Shown here in pieces: positions 1-6,731 of a stretch of DNA of 23,272 nucleotides (position 1 is its first letter; each line of letters opens with the position of its first letter). Made by a program: the position numbers and the translations under genes. The notes under the pieces were generated by a model. It saw only the letters and a list, made by a program, of their open reading frames with translations, was not told where the DNA came from and did no database searches. Where the stretch lies: positions 1 through 23,272 of the forward strand of contig JAITHV010000051.1 of NCBI GenBank assembly GCA_031279835.1, read 5' to 3'. This stretch comes from Coriobacteriales bacterium (lineage in GTDB: Bacteria; Actinomycetota; Coriobacteriia; Coriobacteriales; UBA8131).

Positions 1-184
1 GTAGAATTATACTAGAATTGGAAGGCGACGTCAAGTCTCTGCTGGGAGTTTTAGCAGCTAAATCGGGGCTTCTTGGCTCGATCGGGGTTAGTTAGTAGAA
101 AGAGGAACAAAACTCACGTTGTAGCAGTGCCATCGCTCGTCTCTCACTTTGCGTCGGCCTGCATTGCCTTGGCAGCCGCACCGT

Positions 185-769
185 TTACAGCCACCTTCCC
201 TTGTCGCGCGCCGTCACAAGGTGCTCGTGGCGTTGCTGCTCCCACGCACGGCCGCTCAGCGCCTCTGAGCCACCGAGCACGATGAACTCCTTGGCCTTGG
301 CGCGGTCGTAGATGCGATCAGTCAGCATGACCGTCTCCATAGCCTGATAGCAGCCGGTCTCCCTCAGATGTTCGACGGTGTGCCCTGCAGTGCATATGAC
401 AATCGCCTTCTTGGCCTGCTCGACGGTTTGAGGATGGTAGGCAAAGCCGACTGTCCACACGCGGTCAAACCAGCCCTTGAGCTTGGCAGGGCAGTCCGTC
501 CACCACACGGGGTAGATAAACGCCCATACATCTGCCGCATTGAGTTTGTCCTGCTCTGCGACCACGTCGTCAGGGACCGGTGCAGCGTTATGGTAGTTGT
601 GCTCGCGCTCGTACTCGGCGAGGCCAAGCTCAGGGTTGAAGCTCATCGCGTACAAATCTGAGACCGTGTGAGAATGACGTGCCTCAAACAGGCCGCGCAT
701 AAAAGCGACCAAGACCGCATGGGTAAAGCTTTCGGTGGACGGGTGAGCGTAGACTATATGGACGTACAT
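185..769 (-). CDS. Flavodoxin-fold NAD(P)H:quinone oxidoreductase-like protein (NQO1/MdaB/KefF 'Flavodoxin_2' family), ~194 aa
   Basis: The translation MYVHIVYAHPSTESFTHAV... is the typical N-terminus of FMN-dependent NAD(P)H dehydrogenase (quinone) proteins. I prefer the internal ATG at 769, which has AAAGG 9-13 nt upstream, over the track start at 799, which has no RBS. Confidence 0.7.
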   Translation of the reverse strand: MYVHIVYAHPSTESFTHAVLVAFMRGLFEARHSHTVSDLYAMSFNPELGLAEYEREHNYHNAAPVPDDVVAEQDKLNAADVWAFIYPVWWTDCPAKLKGWFDRVWTVGFAYHPQTVEQAKKAIVICTAGHTVEHLRETGCYQAMETVMLTDRIYDRAKAKEFIVLGGSEALSGRAWEQQRHEHLVTARDKGRWL

Positions 770-914
770 AGCAGCACAACCTTTCACTAGCATAAGCATG
801 CATGATGTACCAATTTCACGCCATAAGCGTGTGCATCCTTATTTTACCAGTGGGCATGCGCCTGTCATAGCAACGCAACAGTTGCCGCGCCTCGCGTTCA
901 TCCACGCACACGTG

Positions 915-2012
915 TCACGACCCCTTCAAGACCTGCGTCAGCTGGGTCAGGAGGTCGGTGCCGCCCGAGACCGAAATCGTGCCGACATTCTCGCAGATCT
1001 TCTCAAGGTACTCGAGCTCCTTGAGCTTGTACAGTGTCTGGTTTTCGTCCATCAGCTTTGCCGTGTTCAGGAGGCTCCTTGTTGACGCTACCTCCTCGCG
1101 CCGCGTGATGACATTGGCCTGGGCCTTTTTCTCCGCAAGCAAAACGGTGTTCATAATGCTCCTAATATCACCCGGGAGGATAATATCCTTGACTCCTGCC
1201 TCTATGAAGGTCACATAATACTCGGCCTCCTTCTCTTTGAGCTGCGCGAGCACAGCCTGTGAGAGGCGCTCCTTGTTTTCAAGGATCTCGTCGAGGCGGT
1301 AGGCCCCAACATAATCACGCAGGGCAAGCTGGAGCAGCACATGAACCTGCCTCTCGTAATCGTCGATCTCGGAGTGGACCTTTACGCAGTCGGTGATCTT
1401 GTAGGTGCACACAAAGTTAATGCGGAGCGACACCTTGTCGAGGGTCATTATTTCTTGGCCGGTGATGTCCATCTGCAGCAAGCGCGTGTCTACGAGCACT
1501 GCGGTCACCTTCGTACCGTTGTCCCAGAAGTAGTGGGTGCCCGGCTCAAGCAGCCTGACGAACTCACCGTCGAAGCACAGTCGTGCCTTTTGGTAGTCTG
1601 CGACCTCGATTTTAGTAAACCACGTGCGTGGTATGCGCTCAAACAGGTAGCGAGGCATGTTGGTGGGCACTTCAGGAGTGGTCGTGCTGACTGCCCTGAA
1701 CTCGTGCGCGACGTGAATCTTGAAAAAAACATGGCGGCCGCTCTTCAGTGCGCTTACGAAGTTGCCGTTCGCATAATGAAGCACGAGCGTCTCGTCGGCA
1801 ACGTCTACAACATCGACTTCGCTTACGAATTGCGCGTTCCCGAGGAATACCGCAAGGTCAAAGCCGGAAACCTGGAACTCGGTTTCGGTTTGCACAGTCA
1901 CGACGCTATAGCCATGCCCATGTCTGACATGCTTGCCAGGCCGCAGGTACTTGACGAAGGCGCCGTTCTTGAACAGAAGGCCTCGCTGGTTTTCGTTGAT
2001 GATCACTTTCAC
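915..2012 (-). CDS. SPFH/band-7 (slipin/stomatin-like) family protein, 365 aa, GTG start
   Basis: Long minus-strand ORF. The N-terminus MKVIINENQRGLLFKNGAF and the overall pattern resemble bacterial slipin-family proteins. A GGAGAGGAG RBS sits 7 nt upstream of the GTG at 2012. Confidence 0.65.
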   Translation of the reverse strand: MKVIINENQRGLLFKNGAFVKYLRPGKHVRHGHGYSVVTVQTETEFQVSGFDLAVFLGNAQFVSEVDVVDVADETLVLHYANGNFVSALKSGRHVFFKIHVAHEFRAVSTTTPEVPTNMPRYLFERIPRTWFTKIEVADYQKARLCFDGEFVRLLEPGTHYFWDNGTKVTAVLVDTRLLQMDITGQEIMTLDKVSLRINFVCTYKITDCVKVHSEIDDYERQVHVLLQLALRDYVGAYRLDEILENKERLSQAVLAQLKEKEAEYYVTFIEAGVKDIILPGDIRSIMNTVLLAEKKAQANVITRREEVASTRSLLNTAKLMDENQTLYKLKELEYLEKICENVGTISVSGGTDLLTQLTQVLKGS

Positions 2013-2021
2013 GGTGCCGCT

Positions 2022-2165
2022 CCTCTCCGCGCTCGTGCCTCGTTAATGCCTCGCTCGTGACTCGCTCGTGTCTCGCTCGTGACTCGTGCCTCTCCGCGCT
2101 CGTGCCTCGTCGCTCGCGTGGCGCGTGGCGCACGGCGCGTGGCACGTGGTCGCGGATTGCCCTCT
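2022..2165. repeat. GC-rich low-complexity tract of imperfect short tandem repeats (CGCTCGTGACT-like units, then GCGTGGCGC-like units)
   Basis: Read directly: ctcgtgcctcg...cgctcgtgactcgctcgtgtctcgctcgtgactcgtgcc...gcgtggcgcgtggcgcacggcgcgtggcacgtgg. It lies in the upstream/promoter region of the slipin gene. Confidence 0.6.
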
Positions 2166-2404
2166 GCCTGCCGTTGCGGCGGACGCCTTGAGCTTCGCAT
2201 AGGCAAGCGCGGGGACCGACAGGTCTTGGCGCTAGTCATGCCAAAACGGTATCCGGCGTCCGACAGGGCAGCGGTGGCAGTGCGGCGGCTCCCCGAGGGC
2301 GCCGTTCGCACAGGGCAATCCATGACGCACAGCTTGTGGTGCGTTTGCACGCACTTTTGACGCAGAGCCTCGTTAGAGGCTAACTCCAAACCTTTGGTGG
2401 GCAC

Positions 2405-2433
2405 GGTGGCCTGGCGGGAATCGAACCCGCGTA
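2405..2433 (-). other. tRNA-derived 3' fragment (T-arm GCGGG-TTCGATT-CCCGC plus 3' acceptor strand); no complete cloverleaf could be built
   Basis: The minus strand reads gcgggttcgattcccgccaggccacc, a canonical T-stem/T-loop (GGTTCGATTCC) followed by 8 nt of acceptor-like sequence. I could not find a matching 5' acceptor strand, D-arm or anticodon arm in the 50-70 nt upstream, so I call it a fragment or remnant. Confidence 0.35.
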
Positions 2434-2577
2434 CTGGTGCGCGTCCGCTTGGCATACCACAAAGGCAAAGCCTTCGGCACCGCTGGAATGACTGACGACA
2501 TCCGGGCAAAAAGCGGAGTTGCATCATTTATAATACACTCCCAATCTACGCCTGTCATAGAAAAAAGCCGTGAGGCA

Positions 2578-2802
2578 TCAATCCATGTCCTTGGACTTTG
2601 TCTCGCGCGCAGTCGCCTGGCTTACGCCGAGCAACACGCCAAAGAGCACGCCAAGAGCCGCGCAGGTACGGAGAACCTCGGTTCCGAACGGCAGCCCCCA
2701 CACGCCCGCGAGCGTGCTGTAGAAAGTGCCGAGCGCAGGCAGCGCGATAAGCCCCGCCCACTTGAGTATCTGGTAGACCTTGTCGGGCAAGAAGTAGCTC
2801 AT
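2578..2802 (-). CDS. Small hypothetical membrane protein (74 aa, two predicted TM helices, charged C-terminus ETKSKDMD)
   Basis: The ORF has a GAGG-type RBS about 9 nt upstream of the ATG. It has two hydrophobic segments (LKWAGLIALPALGTFYSTLAGVWGL and LRTCAALGVLFGVLLGV). It sits alone inside a ~1.4 kb mostly non-coding stretch. Confidence 0.4.
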   Translation of the reverse strand: MSYFLPDKVYQILKWAGLIALPALGTFYSTLAGVWGLPFGTEVLRTCAALGVLFGVLLGVSQATARETKSKDMD

Positions 2803-3146
2803 CTCAGATCCTCTCTCTTATTAAAGCAAACCGTCAGCAGTATGTCGCAGGTGCCTGCAGAGTACCTGCGGACCAAAAAAAGCGCCTGCATGAGAAGAAG
2901 GGCCTACCTGCCAAGATCAATCTTAGAACTCTTGCGCTAGTACGATGGCAATAACAACGTCATATGGCGCGTGAACACCCCTTGTTTCTCCGTCCCATTG
3001 TATCTCAGACTGCCCCTGGTGTTTTTTGCGATCATTTGTATACATAGCCCGTGCGTCACGAGGTTTTTGCAGAGGCAAACCGGTGATACCCAGGCGGCAT
3101 TAGTCCGGAGTCGGCGCTATTGACGACGCTGATGGCGAGCAAGCTT

Positions 3147-3221
3147 CCCACGCGCACGATCCCCACGCGCACGATCCCAACACGCACGATCCCAACACGC
3201 ACGAACACCATGTGCACGAAC
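3147..3221. repeat. Tandem direct repeat with a 15-bp unit (CCCACGCGCACGATC), about 5 copies degenerating toward the 3' side
   Basis: Read directly: cccacgcgcacgatc / cccacgcgcacgatc / ccaacacgcacgatc / ccaacacgcacgaac / accatgtgcacgaac. Confidence 0.85.
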
Positions 3222-3320
3222 CTCTTGCGCTTCGCAGGTTCTTCGACAGTCCCTCGGTCGACGCAGGTCCACGAGACGTACATGCAGCGCCTCGTGTGCT
3301 AGAGTAGTTGTGCACAGGCG

Positions 3321-3413
3321 CTGCCCCCCAACTCTGATCCCGCCCTGCCCCCAACTCCAATCCCGCCCTGCCCTCGACTCCAATCCCGCCCTGCCCCACG
3401 CCAATCCAGTCTG
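3321..3413. repeat. Tandem direct repeat with a 23-24 bp unit (CTGCCCCCAACTC(C/T)(A/G)ATCCCGCC), about 4 copies, strongly C-rich on + and G-rich on -
   Basis: Read directly: ctgccccccaactctgatcccgcc / ctgcccccaactccaatcccgcc / ctgccctcgactccaatcccgcc / ctgccccacgccaatccagt. It ends about 45 bp upstream of the MBL-hydrolase start codon. Confidence 0.85.
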
Positions 3414-3457
3414 TGCCCCCGCTCCAAGCCTTCCCGCCCACTGTTCCGGAGAAGCCC

Positions 3458-4180
3458 ATGAGAGCCAGACAATTTGGACGTATCCACCAGCTGACGCTGT
3501 TTTGGCCGCTGTTCCCCATCAGCTGCTACCTCGTCGAGGATGACGACGGCCTGACGCTTGTAGACACTGGCTTGCCGCAGTCCGTGAAAGGCATTGTTGC
3601 CTATGCCCGTCGGCTCGGCAAGCCGATTGTGCGCATCGCCCTGACCCATTGTCATGGCGACCATGTTGGCGGGCTTGACGGCGTGAAGGCCACGTTCCCC
3701 CTGGCCGAGGTGGCGATTTCAGCACGTGAGGCGCGGATCCTCGCAGGCGACACAAGCTTAGACCCACACGAGCCACAAACGCCCTTAAAAGGCGGGTTTG
3801 TCTCCGTGACCACCAAGCCCGACCGGCTCCTCAGCAGCGGGGACACGTTCGGCACCCTTACTGCAATGTGTTGTCCGGGGCACACTCCGGGCCATATGGT
3901 CTATTACATCGAGCAAGACCGGGCAGTCATTGTGGGCGACGCAGTGCAGACAGTAGGCGGCCTGACCATAGCTGGGCAGCCAAACGGGTGGTTTCCTTGG
4001 GTGTATCGGGCAACCTGGGACGCTGCGATGGCGCTCAGGTGCGCCCGCATGCTTCTCGACCTCGACCTCTCCCTACTGCTGTGCGCCCATGGCCCGGCGC
4101 TGCACGAGCCGCTGCCTATGCTGCGGCGTGCGTTGCAGGGCGGCGGCCGCAGTAAAGACAAAGACAGGAGCGACACATGA
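3458..4180 (+). CDS. Metallo-beta-lactamase-fold hydrolase (HxHxDH motif THCHGDHVGG), ~240 aa
   Basis: The MBL signature ALTHCHGDHVGG and the later CCPGHTPGH are present. I prefer the internal ATG at 3458, which has GGAG 7 nt upstream, over the track start at 3413, which lies inside the tandem repeat. Confidence 0.8.
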   Translation: MRARQFGRIHQLTLFWPLFPISCYLVEDDDGLTLVDTGLPQSVKGIVAYARRLGKPIVRIALTHCHGDHVGGLDGVKATFPLAEVAISAREARILAGDTSLDPHEPQTPLKGGFVSVTTKPDRLLSSGDTFGTLTAMCCPGHTPGHMVYYIEQDRAVIVGDAVQTVGGLTIAGQPNGWFPWVYRATWDAAMALRCARMLLDLDLSLLLCAHGPALHEPLPMLRRALQGGGRSKDKDRSDT

Positions 4181-4851
4181 ACATTCACGAGGCAATGCAG
4201 CAGAGGCATTCTGTGCGTCAGTACACCGACGCGCCTCTAAGCGCTGATGCCGCGCAACAGCTTGTCGGCTATGTGGGCGAGTGCAACCAGCTCAGCGGCA
4301 TGCACCTGCAGCTGGTGCTCGGCGACACCAAGGCGTTTGGCGGCTTTCGGCGCCTGATCATCAAAAACGCTGCCAACTACCTCGCCGTCGTAGGTCCAGA
4401 CGACAGCGCCTTGGATTACAGCAGTGGCTACTGGGGAGAGAAGGTCGTGCTCAGGGCAAAGCAGCTCGGCGTGGACTCTTGCTGGTTTTCTATGGGTGCA
4501 AAAAAGGGCAGCGTTGAGATACTGCCTGGTGAGAAGATGCGCATCGTCGTGGTGCTCGGCTACGGTGCCGTGCCAGGCACGCCGCACCAGTCAAAGCCGA
4601 GTACTGAGCTATGTGCCAACGAGTCGGGTGACGAGTTGCCTGAGTGGTTTGTCCAAGGAATAGAGGCCGCGCTTTTGGCGCCAACGGCCAGAAACCAGCA
4701 AAAGTTCTGCTTCACCCTGTTGCCTCATCGCACCGTGCGCGCAGAGTCGCTCGGGGGGCCATTCTCGGATATAGACTTAGGAATCGCCTGCTGTCATTTC
4801 GAGATCGGCGCGGGCAAAGAGAACTTCAGCTGGGCTGACCGGATTGATTGA
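4177..4851 (+). CDS. Nitroreductase-family (FMN-dependent NAD(P)H oxidoreductase) protein, 224 aa
   Basis: The N-terminus MNIHEAMQQRHSVRQYTD is the classic nitroreductase opening. Its start overlaps the MBL stop as ATGA, indicating translational coupling. Confidence 0.8.
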   Translation: MNIHEAMQQRHSVRQYTDAPLSADAAQQLVGYVGECNQLSGMHLQLVLGDTKAFGGFRRLIIKNAANYLAVVGPDDSALDYSSGYWGEKVVLRAKQLGVDSCWFSMGAKKGSVEILPGEKMRIVVVLGYGAVPGTPHQSKPSTELCANESGDELPEWFVQGIEAALLAPTARNQQKFCFTLLPHRTVRAESLGGPFSDIDLGIACCHFEIGAGKENFSWADRID

Positions 4852-4891
4852 CGACCGCGCGACGAGAGCCAAGCAGCCACCTGTGTCTAAA

Positions 4892-4930
4892 AAGCGACCA
4901 CCTGTAACCAAACGGTCGCTTTTATTGTTG
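4892..4930 (+). terminator. Rho-independent terminator (stem AAGCGACC/GGTCGCTT followed by TTTATTGTTG)
   Basis: The hairpin plus T-tract lies 40 nt after the nitroreductase stop. Confidence 0.7.
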
Positions 4931-4965
4931 CGGTGGTCATACTGGTACTTTGAGGAGGTGATCAG

Positions 4966-5400
4966 ATGAAAATTGAAGTCAAGCTCGACGAGACATGCGA
5001 GGAAACCAGCGTGACCATTGTGGCCAAAAAGATGACAGATGAAGTAAACGAGCTGGTCAGCCGGCTGTCCAACCACTGTCAAGACCTCATAGTTGGGTTT
5101 TGCGATGGAATTGTGATAATGATAGATAAAAATATCATAATACGAATATATACAGCAAACCAAAAGGTCTTTATTGTCACCGCCAGCAACGAGTACTCGG
5201 CCCGACTGCGACTGTACCAGCTTGAAGAGCGGCTCAATGGCAGCGAGTTCGTCCGTATTTCTCATTCAGAAATCATCAACCTAAAAATGGTGAGAGACTT
5301 CGACTTGAGCTTTGCCGGGAGCATCTGTGTGCGGTTTCACAATGGAAGCACAACTTATGTCTCAAGGCGCTATGTCTCAAAAATAAAGACTATCTTATGA
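4966..5400 (+). CDS. LytTR-family DNA-binding domain protein (stand-alone, no receiver domain), 144 aa
   Basis: The C-terminal motif FVRISHSEIINLKMV...YVSRRYVSKIK is typical of LytTR domains. A GAGGAGG RBS sits 7 nt upstream. GC content is visibly lower than in neighbouring genes. Confidence 0.75.
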   Translation: MKIEVKLDETCEETSVTIVAKKMTDEVNELVSRLSNHCQDLIVGFCDGIVIMIDKNIIIRIYTANQKVFIVTASNEYSARLRLYQLEERLNGSEFVRISHSEIINLKMVRDFDLSFAGSICVRFHNGSTTYVSRRYVSKIKTIL

Positions 5401-5416
5401 ATGTGAGGTAATTGTC

Positions 5417-5872
5417 ATGGCAATTAAGGCAATTTGTCGCGGTGCCTTGGGATTCCCGCTCGGCATCTGCATCGGGTACGTCATCACCATAGGCGTGTCA
5501 CTCGCATGGGGCGACGGCACATATCAGCCCTGCGTTTATGCCCTCGTGGAAGAGTTTGGAAGCGAGCTGGCGGCCGTGGTGTTCCAGGCGGCGCTCTGTG
5601 GGGCTCTAGGGGCGACGTTTGCAGCATCGTCAGTAATATGGGAGATGGAGAAGTGGAGCCTGGCCAGGCAGACCGGTGTGCACTTTCTTGTCGCCTCTCT
5701 TGTCATGTTGCCCATCGCGTACTTCGCGCGCTGGATGGAGCGCTCGCTGGGCGGGCTTTTGGTCTACTTCGGCATTTTTATCGCTTTGTTCGCCATCATG
5801 TGGCTTGTCCAGTATTTGATCTGGAGAAACCTGATCAACCGCATCAACCAGCGAGTCGGCATGAGCGAGTAG
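5417..5872 (+). CDS. DUF3021-type integral membrane protein, the usual partner of stand-alone LytTR regulators, 151 aa
   Basis: It has four hydrophobic segments. It is coupled directly downstream of the LytTR gene (17-nt gap, GTGAGG RBS). Confidence 0.65.
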   Translation: MAIKAICRGALGFPLGICIGYVITIGVSLAWGDGTYQPCVYALVEEFGSELAAVVFQAALCGALGATFAASSVIWEMEKWSLARQTGVHFLVASLVMLPIAYFARWMERSLGGLLVYFGIFIALFAIMWLVQYLIWRNLINRINQRVGMSE

Positions 5873-5878
5873 GCCTGC

Positions 5879-6538
5879 ATGACAGTCAACATGGCATCAG
5901 CGTGCGGCTGCGGCACACCGGTTCCCTACGCTTGCCTGCAGCGGGGGGAGCGCGTGCTTGATCTAGGCTGTGGCACTGGCGACGACGTGGCGCAGGCAGC
6001 AGCGCTGGTGGGGGAGGCCGGCCATGTCTTTGGACTTGACAAGAGCCTCGAAATGCTTCAGAGAGCAGTCGAGAACGCCGCCGTGCGCGAGTTGGCAAAC
6101 GTGAGTTTCTTGGAAGGGGCGATCGAGTCCATCCCGCTTGCCGATGGCTCGATTGACGTGGTGATCTCAAACTGTGTGATTAACCTCAGTCACAGCAGGC
6201 CGGCCGCGCTGCGCGAGGCCCGTCGCGTCCTGGCTCCTGGCGGGCGTTTTTTGGCAGCCGACTTGCTGGTCGCCAAGGCCGGCCTGCCGTCTGAGATGGC
6301 AACAAACGCAGCCCTTGTGCTCGGCTGTTCGAACGAGCTCTGGACGGCTGAGCACTACGCGCAGGAGCTTGAAGACGCTGGTTTCAACATGGTCAGTGTC
6401 GAGGTTTTCGCACGGGTGCCTTGGCGACAGCTCGAGGCACAGGCGCACAAAACGGGGCATGCGGGGCTGCTTGGCACGCTTGACCCCTTTGTTGTGCATG
6501 ACGCTCTCGCCTCTGCCCTGGTGCGCGGGTGCGCGTAG
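5879..6538 (+). CDS. Class I SAM-dependent methyltransferase, ArsM/UbiE-like (arsenite methyltransferase-like), 219 aa
   Basis: SAM motif I VLDLGCGTGDD is present. VVISNCVINLS is the characteristic ArsM/UbiE-type motif with a conserved Cys. An N-terminal Cys cluster ASACGCG...YAC is also present. Start may be 5879 or 5891. Confidence 0.75.
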   Translation: MTVNMASACGCGTPVPYACLQRGERVLDLGCGTGDDVAQAAALVGEAGHVFGLDKSLEMLQRAVENAAVRELANVSFLEGAIESIPLADGSIDVVISNCVINLSHSRPAALREARRVLAPGGRFLAADLLVAKAGLPSEMATNAALVLGCSNELWTAEHYAQELEDAGFNMVSVEVFARVPWRQLEAQAHKTGHAGLLGTLDPFVVHDALASALVRGCA

Positions 6539-6731
6539 CAAGCTCCACAATCTGCCGTGGTCGCAGCCCGTTACTGTCATCCCGGCCTTGAGCCGGGATC
6601 TCGACGTTGCTTCTCGACGAGCAGGGCACGCTCAGTGCCTGGCCAGCTTGACCTGTTCACGATATACTGTCCAGCATGCCACAACAGACAAGCGGCGCTA
6701 AGGCGGGTCCATCACAGGCGAGGCGGTGTTG

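Noticed and set aside
11-24. 10-mer CTAGAATTGG shared between the window start (15-24) and the loop of the hairpin at 16591-16600
   Set aside because: A single shared 10-mer is expected by chance in 23 kb at p ~0.04. Flanks do not align, so it is not treated as a repeat family or mobile-element end.
2380-2520. Attempt to build a complete tRNA gene around the T-arm-like sequence GCGGGTTCGATTCCCGC (minus strand)
   Set aside because: After the T-stem there are 8 nt of acceptor-like sequence (CAGGCCAC). No complementary 5' acceptor strand (TGGCCTG-like) exists 48-70 nt upstream on the same strand, and no D-arm or anticodon arm could be folded. It is reported only as a fragment; tRNAscan-SE should be run to be sure.
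2009-2527. 172-aa Arg-rich ORF on the minus strand (and 1906..2145 -, 2079..2360 +)
   Set aside because: It lies entirely in the GC-rich low-complexity repeat tract and its composition is driven by CGN/GCG repeats. It has no RBS and no recognisable family.
3147-3413. CRISPR array
   Set aside because: The units are 15 and 23 bp in direct tandem with no unique spacers and no cas genes, so these are minisatellite-like arrays rather than CRISPR.
3056-3519. Minus- and plus-strand ORFs (75, 139, 95, 60 aa) spanning the tandem repeats (e.g. ...VRVGIVRVGIVRVGIVRVG..., TRTIPTRTIPTRTIPTRT)
   Set aside because: The periodic amino-acid repeats are just translations of the DNA tandem repeats. There is no RBS, and the ORFs overlap in several frames.
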